Origin: an uncultured Pseudomonadales bacterium | GTDB taxonomy: Bacteria; Patescibacteriota; Microgenomatia; UBA1400; MFAQ01 | Direction of reading: 5' to 3' | Assembly: GCA_964439805.1 (NCBI GenBank) | Contig: CAYTOI010000002.1 | Coordinates: 47,489 to 111,488 of the forward strand | DNA length: 64,000 bases | Shown: positions 37,217-46,045 of the stretch, one piece after another | Position numbering within the stretch: position 1 is the first letter of the stretch | Layout: each line of letters opens with the position of its first letter | The notes under the pieces: generated by a model | The model's input: the letters and a program-made list of their open reading frames with translations, nothing else | Database searches by the model: none | Told to the model about the DNA's origin: nothing | Position numbers and translations under genes: made by a program

Positions 37217-38615
37217 ATGCTTTGTATATTGCCACTGAGTTAGTTGAGCCCTCATCGTAATAGTGTTGACCATGAACAACTAGAATTGACTCACCAATAT
37301 TTAATCTCCCTGCTTCTATGAGTTGGTCTATTGTTTTGTTTGGTAAAGAAAACACTCCATCATTCAATTTTGATTTATGCGCCTCAACTCCGTAAGAAAT
37401 TGTCAGTTCTTCAACTGTTTTCTGATCCTTGGTAATTGCCAGTATCGGCATTTTTGGTCTTAATCTCGAAATTGATCTGGCTGTTTTTCCTGAATTTGTA
37501 AAAACCAAAATAAATTTAAAATTTATTACTTTTTGATTTAGCATTCCCAAAACACTATTTACTACCAAATCAGTCTCGCTATTAATTTCAATTCTTAACT
37601 TTGTAATAGATCTAATCTCTTCGTTGTATTTGGTTATCTTGGCCATTGCCTGAACTGCTTTTACTGGATACTTTCCTTGAGCCGTTTCTCCCGAAAGCAT
37701 TACCGCGTCCGTTCCATCCAAAACTGCATTGGCAACGTCTGTCGCTTCTGCTCTGGTAGGCGTAGGATTATTAGTCATCGACTCGAGCATTTGTGTAGCG
37801 GTTATCACTGGTTTATTTGCTAGTCGACACTTTCGGATCATCTGCTTTTGAATATTGGCAAGTCTCTCAATTGGTACTTCTGTTCCCAAGTCACCTCTGG
37901 CTACCATTATTACATCTGCCGTTTCAATTATTTCTGTTAAGTTGTCCAAAGCTTTCTGACTCTCAATTTTGGCTACTATTTTTGCCACAATTCCTCTTTT
38001 TTCCATTTGCTCTCTGAGAATATCGATATCATTTTTGGATCGGCAAAAAGAAAGTGCCACAAAGTCGATTTTATTTGTTGCCGCCATGTCCAGCTTGATT
38101 AAGTCATCTTCAATAAGAGAAGGAAGGTCAATATCAACCCCTGGTAAATTAACTCCCTTACGGTGACCAATTTCATTGTCTTCAGTAGCTCTGGCCATAA
38201 TAAAGTCACTATTAACTTCTTCGGCAATAAGCTCTATTGCTCCATCATCGATGAGAATCTGATCTCCAGACTTTAATGTATCAAAGACCAGCTGATGAGG
38301 AATACAAACCAAATCGTCTTCATTTACAAAAGATGGAACTATGCGAACAAGTTGGTCTTGTTTCACCGAAATTTTTTCTTTATTTTTTGTTTCCAAGCGA
38401 ATTTCTGGCCCCTGAAGATCCAAGAGAATTCCAATATCCATCCTTAGTTCGTTAGCTATCTTTTGTACTCTTTTTATTCTTTCTTCATGCCAGGCGACCA
38501 CTCCATGTTTGGTGTTAAAGCGGAACACATTGACTCCAGACTCTATTAATTTCTTTATTGTTTCTTCTGTGTCACTAGCAGGTCCTAATGTTGCAACGAT
38601 TTTTGTAAGTTTCAT
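37215..38615 (-). CDS. pyk: pyruvate kinase
   Basis: MKLTKIVATLGPASDTEETIKKLIESGVNVFRFN, ...MVARGDLG, full-length 466 aa. Confidence 0.9.
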   Translation of the reverse strand: MKLTKIVATLGPASDTEETIKKLIESGVNVFRFNTKHGVVAWHEERIKRVQKIANELRMDIGILLDLQGPEIRLETKNKEKISVKQDQLVRIVPSFVNEDDLVCIPHQLVFDTLKSGDQILIDDGAIELIAEEVNSDFIMARATEDNEIGHRKGVNLPGVDIDLPSLIEDDLIKLDMAATNKIDFVALSFCRSKNDIDILREQMEKRGIVAKIVAKIESQKALDNLTEIIETADVIMVARGDLGTEVPIERLANIQKQMIRKCRLANKPVITATQMLESMTNNPTPTRAEATDVANAVLDGTDAVMLSGETAQGKYPVKAVQAMAKITKYNEEIRSITKLRIEINSETDLVVNSVLGMLNQKVINFKFILVFTNSGKTARSISRLRPKMPILAITKDQKTVEELTISYGVEAHKSKLNDGVFSLPNKTIDQLIEAGRLNIGESILVVHGQHYYDEGSTNSVAIYKA

Positions 38616-38645
38616 AAGACACTAGTATAGTGTTAACATTAGCCA

Positions 38646-39413
38646 ATGTACACTCGAAAGACTTGGGGAACCTACACGCCAAACTCAAAAACTCCCTACA
38701 AAATTAGCAGATCCAAAATAGAACTCTTCCTAAACTGTCCTCGATGTTTCTACATGGATTGTAGATTAGGTTTGTCTCGACCCTCAACTCCTCCGTATAC
38801 GTTGAACAATGCAGTCGACAACTTGTTAAAAAACGAGTTTGACATTTTGAGAGAAAAAGGTGAAAAGCACGCGCTTGTAGAGAAATATGGCATAGACGCT
38901 GTTCCATTTAAACATTCAGAGTTAAAGCAATGGAGGGGAGAGGTAAAAGCATATGAGGGCGCACTAGTAGTGGACGAAAAATCAAATCTATTGATAAATG
39001 GCTTGGTCGACGATATCTGGCAAAATAAAGAAGGAGAATTAGTCATTGTCGATTACAAAGCCACCAGTACCACCAAGGCAATTTCTTTGGACGACGAATA
39101 CAAACAGAGCTACAAGAGACAGATGGAAATCTATCAATGGATCTTCCGAAAACTAGATTTTAAGGTTAGCAATATCGGCTATTTTGTTTTTGCCAATGCC
39201 ATAAAAGATAGAGAAAAGTTTGATGGAAAACTAGAGTTTGAAATGACCATAGTAGAGCACACAGGGAATTCAAGCTGGGTAGAGCTAACTCTTTTGGAAA
39301 TTGCCGAGTGTCTCAAAAACCCTAGAGTTCCAGCTCCCGCCCCAGACTGCGAGTATTGTACCTACAAACAATTCTCTGTCCAGGCAATGAGGGAAATTTC
39401 GGAAAAAAGTTAA
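38646..39413 (+). CDS. PD-(D/E)xK nuclease, Cas4/RecB-like (paralog of 33530-34399)
   Basis: LNCPRCFY N-terminal Cys pair, IVDYKATS core, C-terminal CEYC. Confidence 0.55.
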   Translation: MYTRKTWGTYTPNSKTPYKISRSKIELFLNCPRCFYMDCRLGLSRPSTPPYTLNNAVDNLLKNEFDILREKGEKHALVEKYGIDAVPFKHSELKQWRGEVKAYEGALVVDEKSNLLINGLVDDIWQNKEGELVIVDYKATSTTKAISLDDEYKQSYKRQMEIYQWIFRKLDFKVSNIGYFVFANAIKDREKFDGKLEFEMTIVEHTGNSSWVELTLLEIAECLKNPRVPAPAPDCEYCTYKQFSVQAMREISEKS

Positions 39414-39784
39414 GCTATAGCTCTTTCGAGCTTTATTATTCTTTTCTCGTGATCAGTAACTCGTACAGCTAACATGTCAGTAACCACATCTAGTTTTCTT
39501 TCGATTCCGTCCATCTTGTCGTCTACTTTGCCGATCACTTCTTTTAATGAAATCTCAAGATTGTGAACCATTGGTGCAGTAACTTTTTCATGAAAATCAA
39601 TCATTTTACCGTCAATCCTTTTGTCTAGAACATCTCCAACTTTTTCTAAGTTATTTCCAAACTTATCGTCAATTCTCTTATCTACAACCTCACTAACCTT
39701 CTCCAAATTTTTCCCAAGCCTGCGTTCAAGACTATCTTCAATTAAGTTTCCTAGAGCATTTAAATCATCTTTGTCTAGAGTCAT
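39410..39784 (-). CDS. hypothetical protein with internal 18-aa repeats (GxNLEKVxxVxDKRIDxK)
   Basis: Repeat seen in translation. Confidence 0.4.
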   Translation of the reverse strand: MTLDKDDLNALGNLIEDSLERRLGKNLEKVSEVVDKRIDDKFGNNLEKVGDVLDKRIDGKMIDFHEKVTAPMVHNLEISLKEVIGKVDDKMDGIERKLDVVTDMLAVRVTDHEKRIIKLERAIA

Positions 39785-39811
39785 AGTTCCAGTATAACAA
39801 AAATGAGATAA

Positions 39812-40870
39812 TTGCTTATGAACTTGTCAGATTTTAGCTACCATTTACCCCCAGAACTCATAGGCCAAAAAGCCATTGAGCCAAGAGATTCTTGCAAATT
39901 GATGGTGGTAAACAGAGAAAAAAACCAAATTTCTCATCACATTTTTCGAGATTTGATTAATATCTTGGACTCCAATACGGTTTTGGTTCTAAATGATACA
40001 AAAGTCTTTCCGGCAAGACTCTTTGGCAGCAAAAACACTGGCGGAAAAATTGAAGTATTGCTACTTAAGCAGCTCTCACCAAATAGTTTTTCTTGTCTGG
40101 TGCGAGGAAAAAGCAAAGAAAGTCAAAAAATAATTTTTAGTTCAACTCTAAACGCCACAATTACCAAGGGCGTGGAGTTTATCATCACCTTCAATCTCTC
40201 TGGTCCTGATTTACTCGCACAACTAGATAATCTTGGAAAAACTCCTTTACCTCCATATATTCACTCAGAAGAATCAGAGCAGGCCTTGCGACAGCAGTAC
40301 CAAACTGTTTACGCAAAAGAAAAGGGGAGTGCCGCAGCTCCCACAGCCGGACTTCACTTCACTGAAGAGTTACTCGAAAGTCTCCAAAGCAAAGGAGTAC
40401 AAATAGAAAAAATAACCCTTCATGTAGGACTGGGAACTTTTAAGCCAGTTACTCAGGACCAAATAGAATCAAAAACATTGCATAGTGAGCAATTTGAAAT
40501 TAGCGAGAAAACTGCAGATAGAATAAATGAATCCAAAAAGCAGGGTAAAAAAATAATTGCTGTGGGCACAACATCTTGCAGAGTTTTGGAGTCTCAAACA
40601 GACGAACAAGGTTTTTTGAAATCTGGTAGGGGAGAGACCAATATCTTCATACAGCCACCTTACCAATTTAAATTATTAAACGGATTAATCACCAACTTCC
40701 ACTTCCCCGAAACCAGTTTATTAATGCTTGTTTCAGCCTTGGTTTCTTTCCCCAACTCCCCTATTCATTTTGAAAATTTTTCCAAGTTCTTAGTAGGGGA
40801 GGCATACTCAGAAGCAGTCAAAAACGAATACAAATTCTTCTCCTTCGGCGACGCGATGCTCATAAATTAA
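39812..40870 (+). CDS. queA: S-adenosylmethionine:tRNA ribosyltransferase-isomerase
   Basis: FSYHLPPELIGQ, ...LHVGLGTFKPV, AVGTTSCRVLES. Confidence 0.9.
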   Translation: MLMNLSDFSYHLPPELIGQKAIEPRDSCKLMVVNREKNQISHHIFRDLINILDSNTVLVLNDTKVFPARLFGSKNTGGKIEVLLLKQLSPNSFSCLVRGKSKESQKIIFSSTLNATITKGVEFIITFNLSGPDLLAQLDNLGKTPLPPYIHSEESEQALRQQYQTVYAKEKGSAAAPTAGLHFTEELLESLQSKGVQIEKITLHVGLGTFKPVTQDQIESKTLHSEQFEISEKTADRINESKKQGKKIIAVGTTSCRVLESQTDEQGFLKSGRGETNIFIQPPYQFKLLNGLITNFHFPETSLLMLVSALVSFPNSPIHFENFSKFLVGEAYSEAVKNEYKFFSFGDAMLIN

Positions 40871-40900
40871 AAATGTAACCTCACCTTGAGTTCTTGATTT

Positions 40901-42034
40901 CTAGATTTCTTGAGTTCTTCTTTCTCGTATCTCCTCCGCCAACCTGACCATAAACCTCACATTGTGTATCGAGGCCAATCGATAATAACTAAGTTCCTTA
41001 GCTCTGTACAAGTGCCTCAAATAGCTCCTAGAATATCCAGATGTACAGGTATAACAATCACACCCTTCCATAATCACCGATTTATCATTCTCATAAATTT
41101 TATTATCAATATTAAGTCGGCCGTTTTTGAACTCACTTTCAAACTTACCTCCTCTTATCTCTCCATAATAAAGAGCCCCATTGCGAGCTAATCTGGTGGG
41201 AGCAACACAGTCACACATATCTACTCCCGCCGCAAAGATATCAACCAAGTTTTGAGGGTCTCTCCCCAGTCCCATGGCATAAAGTGGTTTGTCTGCTGGT
41301 AGCAAATCCTTTATCCACTCAATCATTTCTAGTGTTCCTTCCATGTTGTACCCTACTGTCTCTCCTCCTAAGGCAATTCCCGAAAAGGGGAGGGAACAAA
41401 TAAATTTTGCCGACTCTCTACGCAACTCTTTATCCATAGCGCCTTGGATAATTCCAAACAGAGCTTGGTTTTTCCCTTGTGCACTTAGTTTATTGTTTTC
41501 TTCCCAGCGTTTTACTGATTGTTCTGCCCATCTATGAGTTCTGCCTAGTGCTTCTTTGGCATATGCACTTGTCGCTTCGTCTGGAGTGCATTCATCAAAA
41601 GCCATAATTATGTCCGCTCCCAAGTCTCTTTGAATATCTATAGAAATTTCTGGAGTAAATCTGTGCATTTTGCCATCCAAATGAGATTTAAAGGTGACAC
41701 CCTCTTCATCAATTTTGGCTAGTGGCTTGCCATTAGCTCCTTTACCAAGTGAAAAAACCTGAAATCCACCACTGTCGGTAAGCATGGGTTTATTCCAATT
41801 CATAAACTCAGTTACTCCACCCATTTCGCTCACTAATTTTTCTCCAGGGCGTAAAAAAAGATGATAAGTATTGGCTAAAATTATTTCTGCCTTTGTATTT
41901 TCAATATCGGCTACATCTAGAGCCTTGACTGTAGCTGCAGTACCCACTGGCATAAAAACAGGTGTGTTTATCTCTCCTCTGTCTGTGGTTATTACTCCAG
42001 TACCATCAATGTTTTTCTTAAAGCTAAAACTCAT
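40901..42034 (-). CDS. tgt: queuine tRNA-ribosyltransferase
   Basis: PVFMPVGTAATVKAL, zinc site CDCYTCTSGYSRSYLRHL; ATG 42034 chosen (ORF-track extension to 42064 runs into the tRNA). Confidence 0.9.
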   Translation of the reverse strand: MSFSFKKNIDGTGVITTDRGEINTPVFMPVGTAATVKALDVADIENTKAEIILANTYHLFLRPGEKLVSEMGGVTEFMNWNKPMLTDSGGFQVFSLGKGANGKPLAKIDEEGVTFKSHLDGKMHRFTPEISIDIQRDLGADIIMAFDECTPDEATSAYAKEALGRTHRWAEQSVKRWEENNKLSAQGKNQALFGIIQGAMDKELRRESAKFICSLPFSGIALGGETVGYNMEGTLEMIEWIKDLLPADKPLYAMGLGRDPQNLVDIFAAGVDMCDCVAPTRLARNGALYYGEIRGGKFESEFKNGRLNIDNKIYENDKSVIMEGCDCYTCTSGYSRSYLRHLYRAKELSYYRLASIHNVRFMVRLAEEIRERRTQEI

Positions 42035-42036
42035 GG

Positions 42037-42110
42037 AGCCGAAGGTCGGACTCGAACCGACCACCTGCTGTTTACGATACAGCTGCTCTACCAGATGAGC
42101 TACTTCGGCT
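42037..42110 (-). tRNA. tRNA-Thr (anticodon CGT), CCA encoded (42034-42036)
   Basis: Hand-folded: acceptor GCCGAAG/CTTCGGC, D GCTC/GAGC, anticodon stem GCTGT/ACAGC loop ATCGTAA, T GTCGG/CCGAC loop TTCGAGT. Confidence 0.8.
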
Positions 42111-42178
42111 TAAGGGTATTTTAACTGAAACTAGAGCCAAAGTGCTAAAATAGCGCATACTTTAAATTTGGAGGCTAG

Positions 42179-42475
42179 ATGAGTTATCAAAAAGTACTTT
42201 TTGGCACAGCTTTGGACCGCAATCAGTTGTTAGATTTATTTTTAGGTAGGGGTGACATCCAAGTTGCTCACGAAGGACAATTGATCACAGTTTACGGAAT
42301 TAATGATAGACATGTTCTTCGCGAGGTTGAAGATGGAGAACTTCATACTGTTAATATCATCGGTATGTCAGCTAGCGATAAGGTAGGCTTGGTGGACGGT
42401 CAAGGTACCTTAAAGCTAAACAATTCCAACAAAGACTTGTTTATACTTAATTTAGAAATAAATCTGCACGACTAG
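42179..42475 (+). CDS. hypothetical protein (98 aa)
   Basis: ORF only. Confidence 0.4.
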   Translation: MSYQKVLFGTALDRNQLLDLFLGRGDIQVAHEGQLITVYGINDRHVLREVEDGELHTVNIIGMSASDKVGLVDGQGTLKLNNSNKDLFILNLEINLHD

Positions 42476-42510
42476 TAGGATTAATTAATTGCCTAATCAA
42501 ATAAACATCT

Positions 42511-42535
42511 ACCTCTGGAAGCCCAGAGGTTTTTT
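42511..42535 (+). terminator. rho-independent terminator
   Basis: CCTCTGG-aagc-CCAGAGG + TTTTTT. Confidence 0.65.
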
Positions 42536-42537
42536 AT

Positions 42538-43200
42538 TTAAATTTTTGGCAAACTGAGCTTCAATCCACTAAATAGAATATTTGGATTCTTTCCAATCAC
42601 TGTTCTGTTTGCCCAGTATATCTTGGTCCACTTAAAACCATCTCCATAAGCGCGCACAGATATTGTCCAGAGAGAGTCACCCTTCAGTGTGGTGTAAGTA
42701 TCTACATCAATTGTTCCAGACTCTTTTGTTTTTGTCTCAACAGCAACCTCATTTTTTGGAGCAACTGCCTTAGCCTCTTCTTTTTCCATTACAGTAATCT
42801 TCTTTGCTTCTACTTTTGGCATCTTTAGTTCTTGCCCAACTTCTATATTTCCTTTGGCAGAAAGTTTGTTTTCCTTGATGATATCAACATAATTGTATCC
42901 AGACTTGTAGTATTTTTCTGAGATGTGCCAAAGATCATCCCCCTTAACTACTTTATAGGTATCTCCGCCCGGTAAATAGGCCTTTTTACTATCTTCAAGA
43001 GAAATTGTGGCTGGTTCAGTCTCAGAAAGTAGACTACCTTTCCAGATTTTTAAATTCGCTGTTTTGAAGTAATTTATCATCATTCCAGCCACCAAAAAAA
43101 CCACTACTATGCCCAGTAGCGTGCTAAAACGATCTTCGTTTACTTTGAAAAATTTTAGGATATCTTTTATCCTTGTATCTGAACTCTGTCCTTTATTCAT
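42538..43200 (-). CDS. membrane-anchored protein with two LysM domains
   Basis: YKVVKGDDLWHISEKYY... and YTTLKGDSLWTISVRAYGDGFKW...; N-terminal TM. Confidence 0.75.
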   Translation of the reverse strand: MNKGQSSDTRIKDILKFFKVNEDRFSTLLGIVVVFLVAGMMINYFKTANLKIWKGSLLSETEPATISLEDSKKAYLPGGDTYKVVKGDDLWHISEKYYKSGYNYVDIIKENKLSAKGNIEVGQELKMPKVEAKKITVMEKEEAKAVAPKNEVAVETKTKESGTIDVDTYTTLKGDSLWTISVRAYGDGFKWTKIYWANRTVIGKNPNILFSGLKLSLPKI

Positions 43201-43304
43201 AACTCCATCTTATATAGAAATATATAAATGTCAACAACTAGCCATGGAAGCAGGAAAATCCTATAGAATGGTGTAAAATATGCTATAGAAGAAATCCTTA
43301 ATAT

Positions 43305-43691
43305 TTGGAGGTAATTGTGGCAAATGAAGTTGATTTGACTATTGATGAGAAGAATGAAGCTTTGGACAAAATTTTAAGATATTTAAAACAGAATGCTCTT
43401 GAGAACATTAGTAGTAAGGTTGAAGATGGGATCGAGCATTATAGTGCTAGTTTTGTAGACCAAAAAAGTATAGGTTTTAGTTTTGTGTGTAGTGCATACA
43501 AAGACAACGGTCCAGAACACGGCCGGTTTGGTATTCGCATGGTTGATATAGCCATCAGCTGGGAAAGTTACTACACAGTTATCGAGTCTGGCGGCGGCGA
43601 GATATATAACAAAATCAGAGAACTTGTAGGCAGCTTGGCAACATATTGTCGCACCCACAACTTAGAAGCAAGAAGTCATCTCCTAGGCTAG
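43305..43691 (+). CDS. hypothetical protein (128 aa)
   Basis: ORF only. Confidence 0.45.
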   Translation: MEVIVANEVDLTIDEKNEALDKILRYLKQNALENISSKVEDGIEHYSASFVDQKSIGFSFVCSAYKDNGPEHGRFGIRMVDIAISWESYYTVIESGGGEIYNKIRELVGSLATYCRTHNLEARSHLLG

Positions 43692-43715
43692 TTTTAGTCA
43701 GTAGATAAATAAAGT

Positions 43716-43740
43716 CCCCCTCATTTGAGGGGGATTTTTC
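43716..43740 (+). terminator. rho-independent terminator
   Basis: CCCCCTCA-tt-TGAGGGGG + ATTTTT. Confidence 0.6.
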
Positions 43741-43743
43741 ATA

Positions 43744-43773
43744 GCCAGCCTGCTGGGACGATTTTTGAACCTA
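43744..43773. repeat. tRNA-Asp 3'-end-derived repeat, copy 1 (AGCCAGCCTGCTGGGACGATTTTTGAACCT)
   Basis: Alignment by eye with reverse complement of tRNA-Asp 3' end GCGAGGCTGATGGGATTCGAACCC and with copies 3-5. Confidence 0.5.
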
Positions 43774-43932
43774 CTTAAACTCAATTAAACCTACTCTAAA
43801 TCTCTCTATCTAGGCACAAATAGCCCTATAGCATAGACTTTTGAACAAATTCTTGGTATAATTAAGCACAATTGATATTGATTTTATCAATCGACGTGCA
43901 CCTTAAATTTATTCCAGACTCAGGAGAAACCC

Positions 43933-44553
43933 ATGAAATACAGACCATTTAAACCGTTTTTTAGTTGGCTTTACGAGTTGTACATTATGATCAGTTTGAA
44001 AAATCAAGGTTACGGTGAAGAGCTGGCAAGATCCGTGATCGGCTATAGTCCAAAAGATGTCCCCTATGTATACAGCACGGATCCAAGCTATCCAAATAAC
44101 GGCACGCTTAAGTCCGAACTTTGGATGGGATCAGTAGTCAGTAAGGAAGAGCTGGTAGGAGTATGGTCCGATCAAATTCCTGAGGTTATTGTCCAATGGC
44201 GAGGTCACACTCCCATCAAAGGCAGTGTTTGTGGCAAGAGAGAGGTCAACAGACTAGAAGTTCACCACTTAGGTGACGGTTCATTTGTTCAGCTTGAATT
44301 TCGGAATGTATCTGATACGGGAGCTTTTGACGGCAAGCTTAAATATTTGGACCTGTACAAGCTTAAAGAGGAAACTAATTATTCTGGAAAGCTGTGCAAA
44401 GAATACTCTATTCACAAAATTCACCGAGTTGGTGTAAGGTGGGTGGTTGACTTGGGATTTTCCAGCTTCTCAGGCACGACCATGCTCAATGCATGGCAGG
44501 AAATTCTGCAATTTCGGGTGAACACATACATGATCAAGCCAGACATCAAATAA
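43933..44553 (+). CDS. hypothetical protein (206 aa), cassette gene
   Basis: AGGAGAAACCC-ATG RBS. Confidence 0.5.
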   Translation: MKYRPFKPFFSWLYELYIMISLKNQGYGEELARSVIGYSPKDVPYVYSTDPSYPNNGTLKSELWMGSVVSKEELVGVWSDQIPEVIVQWRGHTPIKGSVCGKREVNRLEVHHLGDGSFVQLEFRNVSDTGAFDGKLKYLDLYKLKEETNYSGKLCKEYSIHKIHRVGVRWVVDLGFSSFSGTTMLNAWQEILQFRVNTYMIKPDIK

Positions 44554-44556
44554 TTT

Positions 44557-44778
44557 ATGGACGAAAAAAGGAGACTAATGTCAGCAACAGAAGAGTTCAT
44601 TCGTGTTATGGGATTTATATTGGGGCCGATTTTAACTCCAATTGTGTTTGTAGGCTCTGGGGTTGCGTTTACGGCCGATCAACCAAATTACACCCACACA
44701 GTTGTATTGTTTCTGATGGGTGTAGCAATGCTGGTAATTACAATTATCAGCCATTATGATTTTTGGAAGAAAAAGTAA
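44557..44778 (+). CDS. small membrane protein (73 aa, 2 TM)
   Basis: Hydrophobicity; starts 3 nt after previous stop. Confidence 0.4.
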   Translation: MDEKRRLMSATEEFIRVMGFILGPILTPIVFVGSGVAFTADQPNYTHTVVLFLMGVAMLVITIISHYDFWKKK

Positions 44779-44950
44779 AAAGTAGTAATGTAAAGACCTC
44801 ATCTCTAAAGATGGGGTCTTTTTTTAGACCAAAAAGTACATATCTAGCCACAAACACCCCATAACTAGACAATATGCAGGTCTATAGGTATAATACGCAC
44901 ATAGGATTAGTTTCTACTATTACATTCACAAAATATTGGAAGGAGTAAAA

Positions 44951-45307
44951 ATGGATTTAGCATCCGTAAGTGTCATATTGAATATTGTTATGGCGGTGGT
45001 TTCTCTCTATTATCGGAACATAAGAAGTTTGGAAGTAAATATAGTAAAATTTTTACTGGCAACAGGTCTATTTTTTGTTGCAGCTTTTAGAGGAGAGATA
45101 TTTTTTGAGATTTTTTGGGGAATACTAATGATTGGATTTCTTTTTGTTATCACTGGTTATCCAGGTGAGTCGAGTACGGTGACAAAAATTGAAGTTCAGG
45201 ATCAGATTCAAAATTCCAATGAGCAAAGCACCTATCAGTGCACACACTGCCAAACTTTCTCGAAAGAAAGGATTGGTACTTGTAAGTCATGCGGTGCTCC
45301 TCTTTAA
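44951..45307 (+). CDS. membrane protein with C-terminal zinc ribbon (118 aa)
   Basis: AAGGAG 6 nt before ATG 44951; 3 TM; CTHC...CKSC. Confidence 0.5.
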   Translation: MDLASVSVILNIVMAVVSLYYRNIRSLEVNIVKFLLATGLFFVAAFRGEIFFEIFWGILMIGFLFVITGYPGESSTVTKIEVQDQIQNSNEQSTYQCTHCQTFSKERIGTCKSCGAPL

Positions 45308-45322
45308 AAAGAATTAAACTTG

Positions 45323-45349
45323 CCCTCTTAATAAAAAGAGGGTATTTTT
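45323..45349 (+). terminator. rho-independent terminator
   Basis: CCCTCTT-aataaa-AAGAGGG + TATTTTT. Confidence 0.6.
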
Positions 45350-45429
45350 GTGCCAAAAATGCATGTTTTCACCACCAGTACACATACGCTAGGGGTATAC
45401 TTAGGAATAAAAATTAAGACGAGTCTTAG

Positions 45430-45449
45430 TGGACGATATTCGAACCCAA
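45430..45449. repeat. tRNA-Asp T-arm-derived fragment, copy 2 (TGGACGATATTCGAACCCAA)
   Basis: Shares TTCGAACCCA with tRNA-Asp (reverse-complement sense). Confidence 0.35.
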
Positions 45450-45540
45450 ATATACTCAAAATAGGCACAAAATAAAGCCTATAGGTTGAAAAAACTTGAG
45501 AAAGATGATAAGATACTCAATCTCAAACTAAGGAGTTATC

Positions 45541-45840
45541 ATGCAAACATTTAAATATCCGTGGGAAGACTGGCTTACTGCATTGATGCTCAGTCTGCGT
45601 CCTCGCCTTTATATCTACCGCAAGGGTGAGTACAAGAAAGTGGTCGGTCCTGCTCCGTTACTCAACAGTCTCAAAGGAGTTGGCGGTTACTTGGTTATCG
45701 GTGACCAAATTCAGATCGTCTCAGGTCTATACTTCTCAGGAACAAACGCTCTAGGTTCCAACGCTGTGAACGGCTGGACAATCAACGAGATGGAGACGGA
45801 TGCACTTGACGATTCTGACAAAAAGAAATTAGGGCTCTAG
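45541..45840 (+). CDS. hypothetical protein (99 aa), cassette gene
   Basis: AAGGAG RBS. Confidence 0.5.
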   Translation: MQTFKYPWEDWLTALMLSLRPRLYIYRKGEYKKVVGPAPLLNSLKGVGGYLVIGDQIQIVSGLYFSGTNALGSNAVNGWTINEMETDALDDSDKKKLGL

Positions 45841-45953
45841 CCCCCAAACACAAAGAGAAAATCTCCAAGTGCGAGGGGGATTTTCTTTGCCAAAAAAGTT
45901 TGTATCCCATATTTGGCCACAAAAAATCCCTCCACAAGGGAAGGATTTTTCAT

Positions 45954-45987
45954 GGCGAGCCTACTGGGACGATTTTAGAACTTTTAA
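45954..45987. repeat. tRNA-Asp 3'-end-derived repeat, copy 3 (GGCGAGCCTACTGGGACGATTTTAGAACTTTT)
   Basis: Preceded by hairpin + GATTTTTCAT exactly as copy 1. Confidence 0.55.
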
Positions 45988-46045
45988 ACTGCGCAAATGA
46001 GTTATATCTATTTACCTAATATGGCTCTGCTGATACATTTAAGTC

